64,000 bases of DNA, from NCBI GenBank assembly GCA_964016885.1, contig OZ024744.1, positions 15,376,001 through 15,440,000 of the forward strand, written 5' to 3'. The stretch is from Eledone cirrhosa (lineage: Eukaryota). Numbering within the stretch: position 1 is the stretch's first letter; every line of letters begins with the position of its first letter. The translations under genes and the position numbers were made by a program. The notes under the pieces are model-generated. The model was not told the DNA's origin. It did no database searches and was given only the letters and a program-made list of their open reading frames with translations. Below are positions 14,475 to 30,473 of the stretch, piece after piece.

Positions 14475-16910
14475 TACACATTCTCCCACAAAAGTCCACC
14501 CATTCCCACAAGTAATGGCAAATGTCTAAAACTCTCTCACATATACACTCTCTCTCTCTCACATACACTCTCCCACAAAAGTCCACCCATTCCCACTAGT
14601 AATGGCAAATGTCCAAAACTCTCTCACATATACACTCTCTCTCACATACACACTCTCCCACAAAAGTCCACCCATTCCCACAAGTAATGGCAAATGTCCA
14701 AAACTCTCTCACATATACACTCTCTCTCTCTCACATACACACTCTCCCACAAAAGTCCACCCATTCCCACAAGTAATGGCAAATGTCCAAAACTCTCTCA
14801 CATATACACTCTCTCTCTCTCACATACACACTCTCCCACAAAAGTCCACCCATTCCAACAAGTAATGGCAAATGTCCAAAACTCTCTCACATATACACTC
14901 TCTCTCTCTCTCTCTCTCACATACACACTCTCCCACAAAAGTCCACCCATTCCCACAAGTAATGGCAAATGTCCAAAACTCTCTCACATATACACACTCT
15001 CTCTCTCTCACATACACACTCTCCCACAAAAGTCCACCCATTCCCACTAGTAATGGCAAATGTCCAAAACTCTCTCACATATACACTCTCTCTCACATAC
15101 ACACTCTCCCACAAAAGTCCACCCATTCCCACAAGTAATGGCAAATGTCCAAAACTCTCTCACATATACACTCTCTCTCTCTCACATACACACTCTCCCA
15201 CAAAAGTCCACCCATTCCCACAAGTAATGGCAAATGTCCAAAACTCGCTCACATATACACTCTCTCTCTCTCACATACACACTCTCCCACAAAAGTCCAC
15301 ACATTCCCACAAGTAATGGCAAATGTCCAAAACTCTCTCACATACACACTCTCCCACAAAAGTCCACCCATTCCCACAAGTAGTGGCAAATGTCCAAAAC
15401 TCTCTCACATATACACTCTCTCTCTCTCACATACACACTCTCCCACAAAAGTCCACCCATTCCCACAAGTAATGGCAAATGTCCAAAACTCTCTCACATA
15501 TACACTCTCTCTCTCTCTCACATACACACTCTCCCACAAAAGTCCACCCATTCCCACAAATAATGGCAAATGTCCAAAACTCTCTCACATATACACTCTC
15601 TCTCTCTCACATACACACTCTCCCACAAAAGTCCACCCATTCCCACAAGTAATGGCAAATGTCCAAAACTCTCTCACATATACACTCTCTCTCTCTCTCT
15701 CACATACACACTCTCCCACAAAAGTCCACCCATTCCCACAAGTAATGGCAAATGTCCAAAACTCTCTGACATATACACTCTCTCTCTCTCACATACACAC
15801 TCTCCCACAAAAGTCCACCCATTCCAACAAGTAATGGCAAATATCCAAAACTCTCTCACATATACACTCTCTCTCTCACACATACACACTCTCCCACAAA
15901 AGTCCACCCATTCCCACAAGTAATGGAAAATATCCAAAACTGTCTCACATATACACTCTCTCTCACATACACACTCTCCCACAAAAGTCCACCCATTCCC
16001 ACAAGTAATGGCAAAAGTCCAAAACTCTCTCACATATACACTCTCTCTCTCTCACATACACACTCTCCCACAAAAGTCCACCCATTCCCACAAGTAATGA
16101 CAAATGTCCAAAACTCTCTCACATATACACTCTCTCTCTCTCACATACACACTCTCCCACAAACGTCCACCCATTCCCACAAGTAATGGCAAATGTCCAA
16201 AACTCTCTCACATATACACTCTCTCTCTCTCACATACACACTCTCCCACAAAAGTCCACCCATTCCCACAAGTAATGGCAAATGTCCAAAACTCTCTCAC
16301 ATATACACTCTCTCTCCCTCTTACATACACACTCTCCCACAAAAGTCCACCCATTCCCACAAGTAATGGCAAATATCCAAAACTCTCACATATACACTCT
16401 CTCTCTCTCTCACATACACACTCTCCCACAAAAGTCCACCCATTCCCACAAGTAATGGAAAATGTCCAAAACTGTCTCACATATACACTCTCTCTCACAT
16501 ACACACTCTCCCACAAAAGTCCACCCATTCCCACAAGTAATGGCAAAAGTCCAAAACTCTCTCACATATACACTCTCTCTCTCTCACATACACACTCTCC
16601 CACAAAAGTCCACCCATTCTCACAAGTAATGGCAAATGTCCAAAACTCTCTCACATACACACTCTCCCACAAAAGTCCACCCATTCCCACAAGTAATGGC
16701 AAATGTCCAAAACTCTCTCACATATACACTCTCTCTCTCTCTCTCTCACATACACACTCTCCCACAAAAGTCCACGCATTCCCACAAGTAATGGCAAATG
16801 TCCAAAACTCTCTCACATATACACTCTCTCTCTCTCACATACACACTCTCACACAAAAGTCCACCCATTCCAACAAGTAATGGCAAATGTCCAAAACTCT
16901 CTCACATATA

Positions 16911-16912
<2 letters not shown>

Positions 16913-16964
<52 letters not shown>
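16913..16964. repeat. (CT)26 microsatellite, paralog of 1692-1763
   Basis: Followed by the same private variant, CACAAATGTCCACCCAATCCC. Confidence 0.9.
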
Positions 16965-16968
<4 letters not shown>

Positions 16969-17217
16969 TACACACTCTCCCACAAATGTCCACCCAATCC
17001 CACAAGTAATGGCAAATGTCCAAAACTCTCACACATATACACTCTCTCTCTCTCTCACATACACACTCTCCCACAAAAGTCCACCCATTCTCACAAGTAA
17101 TGGCAAATGTCCAAAACTCTCTCACATATACACTCTCTCTCACATACACACTCTCCCACAAAAGTCCACCCATTCCCACAATTAATGGCAAATGTCCAAA
17201 ACTCTCTCACATATACA

Positions 17218-17267
<50 letters not shown>

Positions 17268-18239
17268 TACACACTCTCCCACAAAAGTCCACCCATTCCC
17301 ACTAGTAATGGCAAATGTCCAAAACTCTCTCACATATACACTCTCTCTCACATACACACTCTCCCACAAAAGTCCACCCATTCCCACAATTAATGGCAAA
17401 TGTCCAAAACTCTCTCACATATACACTCTCTCTCTCTCACATACACACTCTCCCACAAAAGTCCACCCATTCCCACAAGTAATGGCAAATGTCCAAAACT
17501 CTCTCACATATACACTCTCTCTCTCTCTCACATACACACTCTCCCACAAAAGTCCACCCATTCCCACAAGTAATGGCAAATGTCCAAAACTCTCTCACAT
17601 ACACACTCTCCCACAAAAGTCCACCCATTCCCACTAGTAATGGCAAATGTCCAAAACTCTCTCACATATACACTCTCTCTCACATACACACTCTCCCACA
17701 AAAGTCCACCCATTCCCACAAGTAATGGCAAATGTCCAAAACTCTCTCACATATACACTCTCTCTCTCTCACAAAAGTCCACCGATTCCCACAAGTAATG
17801 GCAAACGTCCAAAACTCTCTCACATATACAATCTCTCTCTCTCTCACATACACACTCTCCCACAAAAGTCCACCCATTCCCACAAGTAATGGCAAATGTC
17901 CAAAACTCTCTCACATACACACTCTCCCACAAAAGTCCACCCATTCCCACAAGTAGTGGCAAATGTCCAAAACTCTCTCACATCTACACTCTCTCTCTCT
18001 CTCACATACACACTCTCCCACAAAAGTCCACCCATTCTCACAAGTAATGGCAAATGTCCAAAACTCTCTCACATATACACTCTCTCTCTCTCTCTCTCAC
18101 ATACACACTCTCCCACAAAGGTCCACCCATTCCCACAAGTAATGGCAAATGTCCAAAACTCTCTCACATATACACTCTCTCTCTCTCTCACATACACACT
18201 CTCCCACAAAAGTCCACCCATTCCCACAAGTAATGGCAA

Positions 18240-21200
18240 ATGTCAAAAACTCTCTCACATATACACTCTCTCTCTCTCACATACACACTCTCCCACAAAA
18301 GTCCACCCATTCCAACAAGTAATGGCAAATGTCCAAAGCTCTCTCACATATACACTCTCTCTCTCTCTCTCTCTCTCTCACATACACACTCTCCCACAAA
18401 AGTCCACCCATTCCCACAAGTAATGGCAAATGTCTAAAACTCTCTCACATATACACTCTCTCTCTCTCACATACACTCTCCCACAAAAGTCCACCCATTC
18501 CCACTAGTAATGGCAAATGTCCAAAACTCTCTCACATATACACACTCTCCCACAAAAGTCCACCCATTCCCACAAGTAATGGCAAATGTCCAAAACTCTC
18601 TCACATATACACTCTCTCTCTCTCACATACACACTCTCCCACAAAAGTCCACCCATTCCCACAAGTAATGGCAAATGTCCAAAACTCTCTCACATATACA
18701 CTCTCTCTCTCTCTCACATACACACTCTCCCACAAAAGTCCACCCATTCCCACAAGTAATGGCAAATGTCCAAAACTCTCTCACATACACACTCTCCCAC
18801 AAAAGTCCACCCATTCCCACAAGTAGTGGCAAATGTCCAAAACTCTCTCACATATACACTCTCTCTCTCTCACATACACACTCTCCCACAAAAGTCCACC
18901 CATTCCAACAAGTAATGGCAAATGTCCAAAACTCTCTCACATATACACTCTCTCTCTCTTTCTCTCTCTCTCTCACATACACACTCTCCCACAAAAGTCC
19001 ACCCATTCCCACAAGTAATGGCAAATGTCCAATACTCTCTCACATATACACTCTCTCTCTCTCACATACACACTCTCCCACAAAAGTCCACCCATTCCCA
19101 CAAGTAATGGCAAATGTCCAAAACTCTCTCACATATACACTCTCTCTCACATACACACTCTCCTACAAAAGTCCACCCATTCCCACAAGTAATGGCAAAT
19201 GTCCAAAACTCTCTCACATATACACTCTCTCTCTCTCACATACACACTCTCCCACAAAAGTCCACCCATTCCCACTAGTAATGGCAAATGTCCAAAACTC
19301 TCTCACATATACACTCTCTCTCACATACACACTCTCCTACAAAAGTCCACCCATTCCCACAAGTAATGGCAAATGTCCAAAACTCTCTCACATATACACT
19401 CTCTCTCTCTCACATACACACTCTCCCACAAAAGTCCACCCATTCCCACAAGTAATGGCAAATGTCCAAAACTCTCTCACATATACACTCTCTCTCTCTC
19501 TCTCACATACACACTCTCCCACAAAAGTCCACCCATTCCCACAAGTAATGGCAAATGTCCAAAACTCTCTCACATACACACTCTCCCACAAAAGTCCACC
19601 CATTCCCACAAGTAATGGCAAATGTCCCAAACTCTCTCACATATACACTCTCTCTCTCTCACATACACACTCTCCCACAAAAGTCCACCCATTCCCACTA
19701 GTAATGGCAAATGTCCAAAACTCTCTCACATATACACTCTCTCTCACATACACACTCTCCCACAAAAGTCCACCCATTCCCACAAGTAATGGCAAATGTC
19801 CAAAACTCTCTCACATATACACTCTCTCTCTCTCACAAAAGTCCACCCATTCCCACAAGTAATGGCAAATGTCCAAAACTCTCTCACATATACACTCTCT
19901 CTCTCTCTCACATACACACTCTCCCACAAAAGTCCACCCATTCCCACAAGTAATGGCAAATGTCCAAAACTCTCTCACATACACACTCTCCCACAAAAGT
20001 CCACCCATTCCCACAAGTAGTGGCAAATGTCCAAAACTCTCTCACATCTACACTCTCTCTCTCTCTCTCACATACACACTCTCCCACAAAAGTCCACCCA
20101 TTCTCACAAGTAATGGCAAATGTCCAAAACTCTCTCACATATACACTCTCTCTCTCTCTCACATACACACTCTCCCACAAAAGTCCACCCATTCCCACAA
20201 GTAATGGCAAATGTCCAAAACTCTCTCACATATACACTCTCTCTCTCTCTCACATACACACTCTCCCACAAAAGTCCACCCATTCCCACAAGTAATGGCA
20301 AATGTCCAAAACTCTCTCACATATACACTCTCTCTCTCTCACATACACACTCTCCCACAAAAGTCCACCCATTCCAACAAGTAATGGCAAATGTCCAAAA
20401 CTCTCTCACATATACACTCTCTCTCTCTCTCTCACTCTCTCTCTCTCTCACATACACACTCTCCCACAAAAGTCCACCCATTCCCACAAGTAATGGCAAA
20501 TGTCCAAAACTCTCTCACATATACACTCTCTCTCTCTCTCACATACACACTCTCCCACAAAAGTCCACCCATTCCCACTAGTAATGGCAAATGTCCAAAA
20601 CTCTCTCACATATACACTCTCTCTCACATACACACTCTCCCAAAAAAGTCCACCCATTCCCACAAGTAATGGCAAATGTCCAAAACTCTCTCACATATAC
20701 ACTCTCTCTCTCTCACATACACACTCTCCCACAAAAGTCCACACATTCCCACAAGTAATGGCAAATGTCCAAAACTCTCTCACATATACACTCTCTCTCT
20801 CTCACATACACACTCTCCCACAAAAGTCCACACATTCCCACAAGTAATGGCAAATGTCCAAAACTCTCTCACATACACACTCTCCCACAAAAGTCCACCC
20901 ATTCCCACAAGTAATGGCAAATGTCAAAAACTCTCTCACATATACACTCTCTCTCTCTCACATACACACTCTCCCACAAAAGTCCACCCATTCCAACAAG
21001 TAATGGCAAATGTCCAAAGCTCTCTCACATATACACTCTCTCTCTCTCTCTCTCTCTCTCACATACACACTCTCCCACAAAAGTCCACCCATTCCCACAA
21101 GTAATGGCAAATGTCTAAAACTCTCTCACATATACACTCTCTCTCTCTCACATACACTCTCCCACAAAAGTCCACCCATTCCCACTAGTAATGGCAAATG

Positions 21201-23601
21201 TCCAAAACTCTCTCACATATACACACTCTCCCACAAAAGTCCACCCATTCCCACAAGTAATGGCAAATGTCCAAAACTCTCTCACATATACACTCTCTCT
21301 CTCTCACATACACACTCTCCCACAAAAGTCCACCCATTCCCACAAGTAATGGCAAATGTCCAAAACTCTCTCACATATACACTCTCTCTCTCTCTCACAT
21401 ACACACTCTCCCACAAAAGTCCACCCATTCCCACAAGTAATGGCAAATGTCCAAAACTCTCTCACATACACACTCTCCCACAAAAGTCCACCCATTCCCA
21501 CAAGTAGTGGCAAATGTCCAAAACTCTCTCACATATACACTCTCTCTCTCTCACATACACACTCTCCCACAAAAGTCCACCCATTCCAACAAGTAATGGC
21601 AAATGTCCAAAACTCTCTCACATATACACTCTCTCTCTCTTTCTCTCTCTCTCTCACATACACACTCTCCCACAAAAGTCCACCCATTCCCACAAGTAAT
21701 GGCAAATGTCCAATACTCTCTCACATATACACTCTCTCTCTCTCACATACACACTCTCCCACAAAAGTCCACCCATTCCCACAAGTAATGGCAAATGTCC
21801 AAAACTCTCTCACATATACACTCTCTCTCACATACACACTCTCCTACAAAAGTCCACCCATTCCCACAAGTAATGGCAAATGTCCAAAACTCTCTCACAT
21901 ATACACTCTCTCTCTCTCACATACACACTCTCCCACAAAAGTCCACCCATTCCCACTAGTAATGGCAAATGTCCAAAACTCTCTCACATATACACTCTCT
22001 CTCACATACACACTCTCCTACAAAAGTCCACCCATTCCCACAAGTAATGGCAAATGTCCAAAACTCTCTCACATATACACTCTCTCTCTCTCACATACAC
22101 ACTCTCCCACAAAAGTCCACCCATTCCCACAAGTAATGGCAAATGTCCAAAACTCTCTCACATATACACTCTCTCTCTCTCTCTCACATACACACTCTCC
22201 CACAAAAGTCCACCCATTCCCACAAGTAATGGCAAATGTCCAAAACTCTCTCACATACACACTCTCCCACAAAAGTCCACCCATTCCCACAAGTAATGGC
22301 AAATGTCCCAAACTCTCTCACATATACACTCTCTCTCTCTCACATACACACTCTCCCACAAAAGTCCACCCATTCCCACTAGTAATGGCAAATGTCCAAA
22401 ACTCTCTCACATATACACTCTCTCTCACATACACACTCTCCCACAAAAGTCCACCCATTCCCACAAGTAATGGCAAATGTCCAAAACTCTCTCACATATA
22501 CACTCTCTCTCTCTCACAAAAGTCCACCCATTCCCACAAGTAATGGCAAATGTCCAAAACTCTCTCACATATACACTCTCTCTCTCTCTCACATACACAC
22601 TCTCCCACAAAAGTCCACCCATTCCCACAAGTAATGGCAAATGTCCAAAACTCTCTCACATACACACTCTCCCACAAAAGTCCACCCATTCCCACAAGTA
22701 GTGGCAAATGTCCAAAACTCTCTCACATCTACACTCTCTCTCTCTCTCTCACATACACACTCTCCCACAAAAGTCCACCCATTCTCACAAGTAATGGCAA
22801 ATGTCCAAAACTCTCTCACATATACACTCTCTCTCTCTCTCACATACACACTCTCCCACAAAAGTCCACCCATTCCCACAAGTAATGGCAAATGTCCAAA
22901 ACTCTCTCACATATACACTCTCTCTCTCTCTCACATACACACTCTCCCACAAAAGTCCACCCATTCCCACAAGTAATGGCAAATGTCCAAAACTCTCTCA
23001 CATATACACTCTCTCTCTCTCACATACACACTCTCCCACAAAAGTCCACCCATTCCAACAAGTAATGGCAAATGTCCAAAACTCTCTCACATATACACTC
23101 TCTCTCTCTCTCTCACTCTCTCTCTCTCTCACATACACACTCTCCCACAAAAGTCCACCCATTCCCACAAGTAATGGCAAATGTCCAAAACTCTCTCACA
23201 TATACACTCTCTCTCTCTCTCACATACACACTCTCCCACAAAAGTCCACCCATTCCCACTAGTAATGGCAAATGTCCAAAACTCTCTCACATATACACTC
23301 TCTCTCACATACACACTCTCCCAAAAAAGTCCACCCATTCCCACAAGTAATGGCAAATGTCCAAAACTCTCTCACATATACACTCTCTCTCTCTCACATA
23401 CACACTCTCCCACAAAAGTCCACACATTCCCACAAGTAATGGCAAATGTCCAAAACTCTCTCACATATACACTCTCTCTCTCTCACATACACACTCTCCC
23501 ACAAAAGTCCACACATTCCCACAAGTAATGGCAAATGTCCAAAACTCTCTCACATACACACTCTCCCACAAAAGTCCACCCATTCCCACAAGTAGTGGCA
23601 A
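18240..23601. repeat. Tandem higher-order duplication, unit 2681 bp (18240-20920 / 20921-23601)
   Basis: ORF coordinates and translations repeat at exactly +2681 (18240/20921, 18675/21356, 20500/23181). Confidence 0.93.
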
Positions 23602-25126
23602 ATGTCCAAAACTCTCTCACATATACACTCTCTCTCTCTCACATACACACTCTCCCACAAAAGTCCACCCATTCCCACAAGTAATGGCAAATGTCCAAAA
23701 CTCTCTCACATATACACTCTCTCTCTCTCTCACATACACACTCTCCCACAAAAGTCCACCCATTCCCACAAGTAATGGCAAATGTCCAAAACTCTCTCAC
23801 ATATACGCTCTCTCTCTCTCACATACACACTCTCCCACAAAAGTCCACCCATTCCCACAAGTAATGGCAAATGTCCAAAACTCTCTCACATATACACTCT
23901 CTCTCTCTCTCTCACATACACACTCTCCCACAAAAGTCCACCCATTCCCACAAGTAATTGCAAATGTCCAAAACTCTCTGACATATACACTCTCTCTCTC
24001 TCACATACACACTCTCCCACAAAAGTCCACCCATTCCCACAAGTAATGGCAAATATCCAAAACTCTCTCACATATACACTCTCTCTCTCTCACATACACA
24101 CTCTCCCACAAAAGTCCACCCATTCCCACAAGTAATGGAAAATATCCAAAACTGTCTCACATATACACTCTCTCTCTCTCTCTCACATACACACTCTCCC
24201 ACAAAAGTCCACCCATTCCCACAAGTAATGGCAAAAGTCCAAAACTCTCTCACATATACACTCTCTCTCTCTCACATACACACTCTCCCACAAAAGTCCA
24301 CCCATTCCCACAAGTAATGACAAATGTCCAAAACTCTCTCACATATACACTCTCTCTCTCTCACATACACACTCTCCCACAAAATTCCACCCATTCCCAC
24401 AAGTAATGGCAAATGTCCAAAACTCTCTCACATATACACTCTCTCTCTCTCACATACACACTCTCCCACAAAAGTCCACCCATTCCCACAAGTAATGGCA
24501 AATGTCCAATACTCTCTCACATATACACTCTCTCTCTCTCACATACACACTCTCCCACAAAAGTCCACCCATTCCCACAAGTAATGGCAAATGTCCAAAA
24601 CTCTCTCACATATACACTCTCTCTCTCTCTCACATACACACTCTCCCACAAAAGTCCACCCATTCCCACAAATAATGGCAAATGTCCAAAACTCTCTCAC
24701 ATATACACTCTCTCTCCCTCTCACATACACACTCTCCCACAAAAGTCCACCCATTCCCACAAGTAATGGCAAATATCCAAAACTCTCACATATACACTCT
24801 CTCTCTCTCTCACATACACACTCTCCCACAAAAGTCCACCCATTCCCACAAGTAATGGAAAATGTCCAAAACTGTCTCACATATACACTCTCTCTCACAT
24901 ACACACTCTCCCACAAAAGTCCACCCATTCCCACAAGTAATGGCAAAAGTCCAAAACTCTCTCACATATACACTCTCTCTCTCTCACATACACACTCTCC
25001 CACAAAAGTCCACCCATTCTCACAAGTAATGGCAAATGTCCAAAACTCTCTCACATACACACTCTCCCACAAAAGTCCACCCATTCCCACAAGTAATGGC
25101 AAATGTCCAAAACTCTCTCACATATA

Positions 25127-25160
<34 letters not shown>

Positions 25161-25320
25161 TACACACTCTCCCACAAAAGTCCACGCATTCCCACAAGTA
25201 ATGGCAAATGTCCAAAACTCTCTCACATATACACTCTCTCTCTCTCACATACACACTCTCACACAAAAGTCCACCCATTCCAACAAGTAATGGCAAATGT
25301 CCAAAACTCTCTCACATATA

Positions 25321-25322
<2 letters not shown>

Positions 25323-25380
<58 letters not shown>
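25323..25380. repeat. (CT)29 microsatellite
   Basis: Direct read; flanking variants match the tract at 13108. Confidence 0.9.
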
Positions 25381-25386
<6 letters not shown>

Positions 25387-28300
25387 TACACACTCTCCCA
25401 CAAAAGTCCACCCATTCCCACAAGTAATGGCAAATGTCCAAAACTCTCACACATATACACTCTCTCTCTCTCACATACACACTCTCCCACAAAAGTCCAC
25501 CCATTCCCACTAGTAATGGCAAATGTCCAAAACTCTCTCACATATACACTCTCTCTCACATACACACTCTCCCACAAAAGTCCACCCATTCCCACAATTA
25601 ATGGCAAATGTCCAAAACTCTCTCACATATACACTCTCTCTCTCTCTCACATACACACTCTCCCACAAAAGTCCACCCATTCCCACAAGTAATGGCAAAT
25701 GTCAAAAACTCTCTCACATATACACTCTCTCTCTCTCTCACATACACACTCTCCCACAAAAGTCCACCCATTCCCACAAGTAATGGCAAATGTCCAAAAC
25801 TCTCTCACATACACACTCTCCCACAAAAGTCCACCCATTCCCACAAGTAATGGCAAATGTCCAAAACTCTCTCACATATACACTATCTCTCTCTCACATA
25901 CACACTCTCCCACAAAAGTCCACCCATTCCCACTAGTAATGGCAAATGTCCAAAACTCTCTCACATATACACTCTCTCTCACATACACACTCTCCCACAA
26001 AAGTCCACCCATTCCCACAAGTAATGGCAAATGTCCAAAACTCTCTCACATATACACTCTCTCTCTCTCACAAAAGTCCACCGATTCCCACAAGTAATGG
26101 CAAATGTCCAAGACTCTCTCACATATACAATCTCTCTCTCTCTCACATACACACTCTCCCACAAAAGTCCACCCATTCCCACAAGTAATGGCAAATGTCC
26201 AAAACTCTCTCACATACACACTCTCCCACAAAAGTCCACCCATTCCCACAAGTAGTGGCAAATGTCCAAAACTCTCTCACATCTACACTCTCTCTCTCTC
26301 TCACATACACACTCTCCCACAAAAGTCCACCCATTCTCACAAGTAATGGCAAATGTTCAAAACTCTCTCACATATACACTCTCTCTCTCTCTCTCACATA
26401 CACACTCTCCCACAAAAGTCCACCCATTCCCACAAGTAATGGCAAATGTCCAAAACTCTCTCACATATACACTCTCTCTCTCTCTCACATACACACTCTC
26501 CCACAAAAGTCCACCCATTCCCACAAGTAATGGCAAATGTCCAAAACTCTCTCACATATACACTCTCACTCTCTCACATACACACTCTCCCACAAAAGTC
26601 CACCCATTCCAACAAGTAATGGCAAATGTCCAAAACTCTCTCACATATACACTCTCTCTCTCTCTCTCTCTCTCACATACACATTCTCCCACAAAAGTCC
26701 ACCCATTCCCACAAGTAATGGCAAATGTCTAAAACTCTCTCACATATACACTCTCTCTCTCTCACATACACTCTCCCACAAAAGTCCACCCATTCCCACT
26801 AGTAATGGCAAATGTCCAAAACTCTCTCACATATACACTCTCTCTCACATACACACTCTCCCACAAAAGTCCACCCATTCCCACAAGTAATGGCAAATGT
26901 CCAAAACTCTCTCACATATACACTCTCTCTCTCTCTCTCACATACACACTCTCCCACAAAAGTCCACCCATTCCCACAAGTAATGGCAAATGTCCAAAAC
27001 TCTCTGACATATACACTCTCTCTCTCTCACATACACACTCTCCCACAAAAGTCCACCCATTCCCACTAGTAATGGCAAATGTCCAAAACTCTCTCACATA
27101 TACACTCTCTCTCACATACACACTCTCCCACAAAAGTCCACCCATTCCCACAAGTAATGGCAAATGTCCAAAACTCTCTCACATATACACTCTCTCTCTC
27201 TCACATACACACTCTCCCACAAAAGTCCATCCATTCCCACAAGTAATGGCAAATGTCCAAAACTCTCTCACATATACACTCTCTCTCTCTCACATACACA
27301 CTCTCCCACAAAAGTCCACACATTCCCACAAGTAATGGCAAATGTCCAAAACTCTCTCACATACACACTCTCCCACAAAAGTCCACCCATTCCCACAAGT
27401 AGTGGCAAATGTCAAATCTCTCACATATACACTCTCTCTCTCTCACATACACACTCTCCCACAAAAGTCCACCCATTCCCACAAGTAATGGCAAATGTCC
27501 AAAACTCTCTCACATATACACTCTCTCTCTCTCTCACATACACACTCTCCCACAAAAGTCCACCCATTCCCACAAGTAATGGCAAATGTCCAAAACTCTC
27601 TCACATATACACTCTCTCTCTCTCACATACACACTCTCCCACAAAAGTCCACCCATTCCCACAAGTAATGGCAAATGTCCAAAACTCTCTCACATATACA
27701 CTCTCTCTCTCTCTCTCACATACACACTCTCCCACAAAAGTCCACCCATTCCCACAAGTAATGGCAAATGTCCAAAACTCTCTGACATATACACTCTCTC
27801 TCTCTCACATACACACTCTCCCACAAAAGTCCACCCATTCCCACAAGTAATGGCAAATATCCAAAACTCTCTCACATATACACTCTCTCTCTCTCACATA
27901 CACACTCTCCCACAAAAGTCCACCCATTCCCACAAGTAATGGAAAATATCCAAAACTGTCTCACATATACACTCTCTATCACATACACACTCTCCCACAA
28001 AAGTCCACCCATTCCCACAAGTAATGGCAAAAGTCCAAAACTCTCTCACATATACACTCTCTCTCTCTCACATACACACTCTCCCACAAAAGTCCACCCA
28101 TTCCCACAAGTAATGACAAATGTCCAAAACTCTCTCACATATACACTCTCTCTCTCTCACATACACACTCTCCCACAAAAGTCCACCCATTCCCACAAGT
28201 AATGGCAAATGTCCAAAACTCTCTCACATATACACTCTCTCTCTCTCACATACACACTCTCCCACAAAAGTCCACCCATTCCCACAAGTAATGGCAAATG

Positions 28301-29025
28301 TCCAATACTCTCTCACATATACACTCTCTCTCTCTCACATACACACTCTCCCACAAAAGTCCACCCATTCCCACAAGTAATGGCAAATGTCCAAAACTCT
28401 CTCACATATACACTCTCTCTCTCTCTCACATACACACTCTCCCACAAAAGTCCACCCATTCCCACAAATAATGGCAAATGTCCAAAACTCTCTCACATAT
28501 ACACTCTCTCTCCCTCTCACATACACACTCTCCCACAAAAGTCCACCCATTCCCACAAGTAATGGCAAATATCCAAAACTCTCACATATACACTCTCTCT
28601 CTCTCTCACATACACACTCTCCCACAAAAGTCCACCCATTCCCACAAGTAATGGCAAAAGTCCAAAACTCTCTCACATATACACTCTCTCTCTCTCACAT
28701 ACACACTCTACCACAAAAGTCCACCCATTCTCACAAGTAATGGCAAATGTCCAAAACTCTCTCACATACACACTCTCCCACAAAAGTCCACCCATTCCCA
28801 CAAGTAATGGCAAATGTCCAAAACTCTCTCACATATACACTCTCTCTCTCTCTCTCTCTCTCACATACACACTCTCCCACAAAAGTCCACGCATTCCCAC
28901 AAGTAATGGCAAATGTCCAAAACTCTCTCACATATACACTCTCTCTCTCTCACATACACACTCTCACACAAAAGTCCACCCATTCCAACAAGTAATGGCA
29001 AATGTCCAAAACTCTCTCACATGTA

Positions 29026-29069
<44 letters not shown>

Positions 29070-30437
29070 TACACACTCTCCCACAAAAGTCCACGCATTC
29101 CCACAAGTAATGGCAAATGTCCAAAACTATCTCACATATACACTCTCTCTCTCTCACATACACACTCTCACACAAAAGTCCACGCATTCCCACAAGTAAT
29201 GGCAAATATCCAAAACTCTCACATATACACTCTCTCTCTCACACACATACACACTCTCCCACAAAAGTCCACCCATTCCCACAAGTAATGGCAAATGTCC
29301 AAAACTCTCACACATATACACTCTCTCTCTCTCACATACACACTCTCCCACAAAAGTCCACCCATTCCCACTAGTAATGGCAAATGTCCAAAACTCTCTC
29401 ACATATACACTCTCTCTCACATACACACTCTCCCACAAAAGTCCACCCATTCCCACAATTAATGGCAAATGTCCAAAACTCTCTCACATATACACTCTCT
29501 CTCTCTCTCACATACACACTCTCCCACAAAAGTCCACCCATTCCCACAAGTAATGGCAAATGTCCAAAACTCTCTCACATATACACTCTCTCTCTCACAT
29601 ACACACTCTCCCACAAAAGTCCACCCATTCCCACAAGTAATGGCAAATGTCCAAAACTCTCTCACATATACACTATCTCTCTCTCACATACACACTCTCC
29701 CACAAAAGTCCACCCATTCCCACTAGTAATGGCAAATGTCCAAAACTCTCTCACATATACACTCTCTCTCACATACACACTCTCCCACAAAAGTCCACCC
29801 ATTCCCACAAGTAATGGCAAATGTCCAAAACTCTCTCACATATACACTCTCTCTCTCTCACAAAAGTCCACCGATTCCCACAAGTAATGGCAAATGTCCA
29901 AGACTCTCTCACATATACAATCTCTCTCTCTCTCACATACACACTCTCCCACAAAAGTCCACCCATTCCCACAAGTAATGGCAAATGTCCAAAACTCTCT
30001 CACATACACACTCTCCCACAAAAGTCCACCCATTCCCACAAGTAGTGGCAAATGTCCAAAACTCTCTCACATCTACACTCTCTCTCTCTCTCACATACAC
30101 ACTCTCCCACAAAAGTCCACCCATTCTCACAAGTAATGGCAAATGTTCAAAACTCTCTCACATATACACTCTCTCTCTCTCTCACATACACACTCTCCCA
30201 CAAAAGTCCACCCATTCCCACAAGTAATGGCAAATGTCCAAAACTCTCTCACATATACACTCTCTCTCTCTCTCACATACACACTCTCCCACAAAAGTCC
30301 ACCCATTCCCACAAGTAATGGCAAATGTCCAAAACTCTCTCACATATACACTCTCTCTATCTCACATACACACTCTCCCACAAAAGTCCACCCATTCCAA
30401 CAAGTAATGGCAAATGTCCAAAACTCTCTCACATATA

Positions 30438-30473
<36 letters not shown>

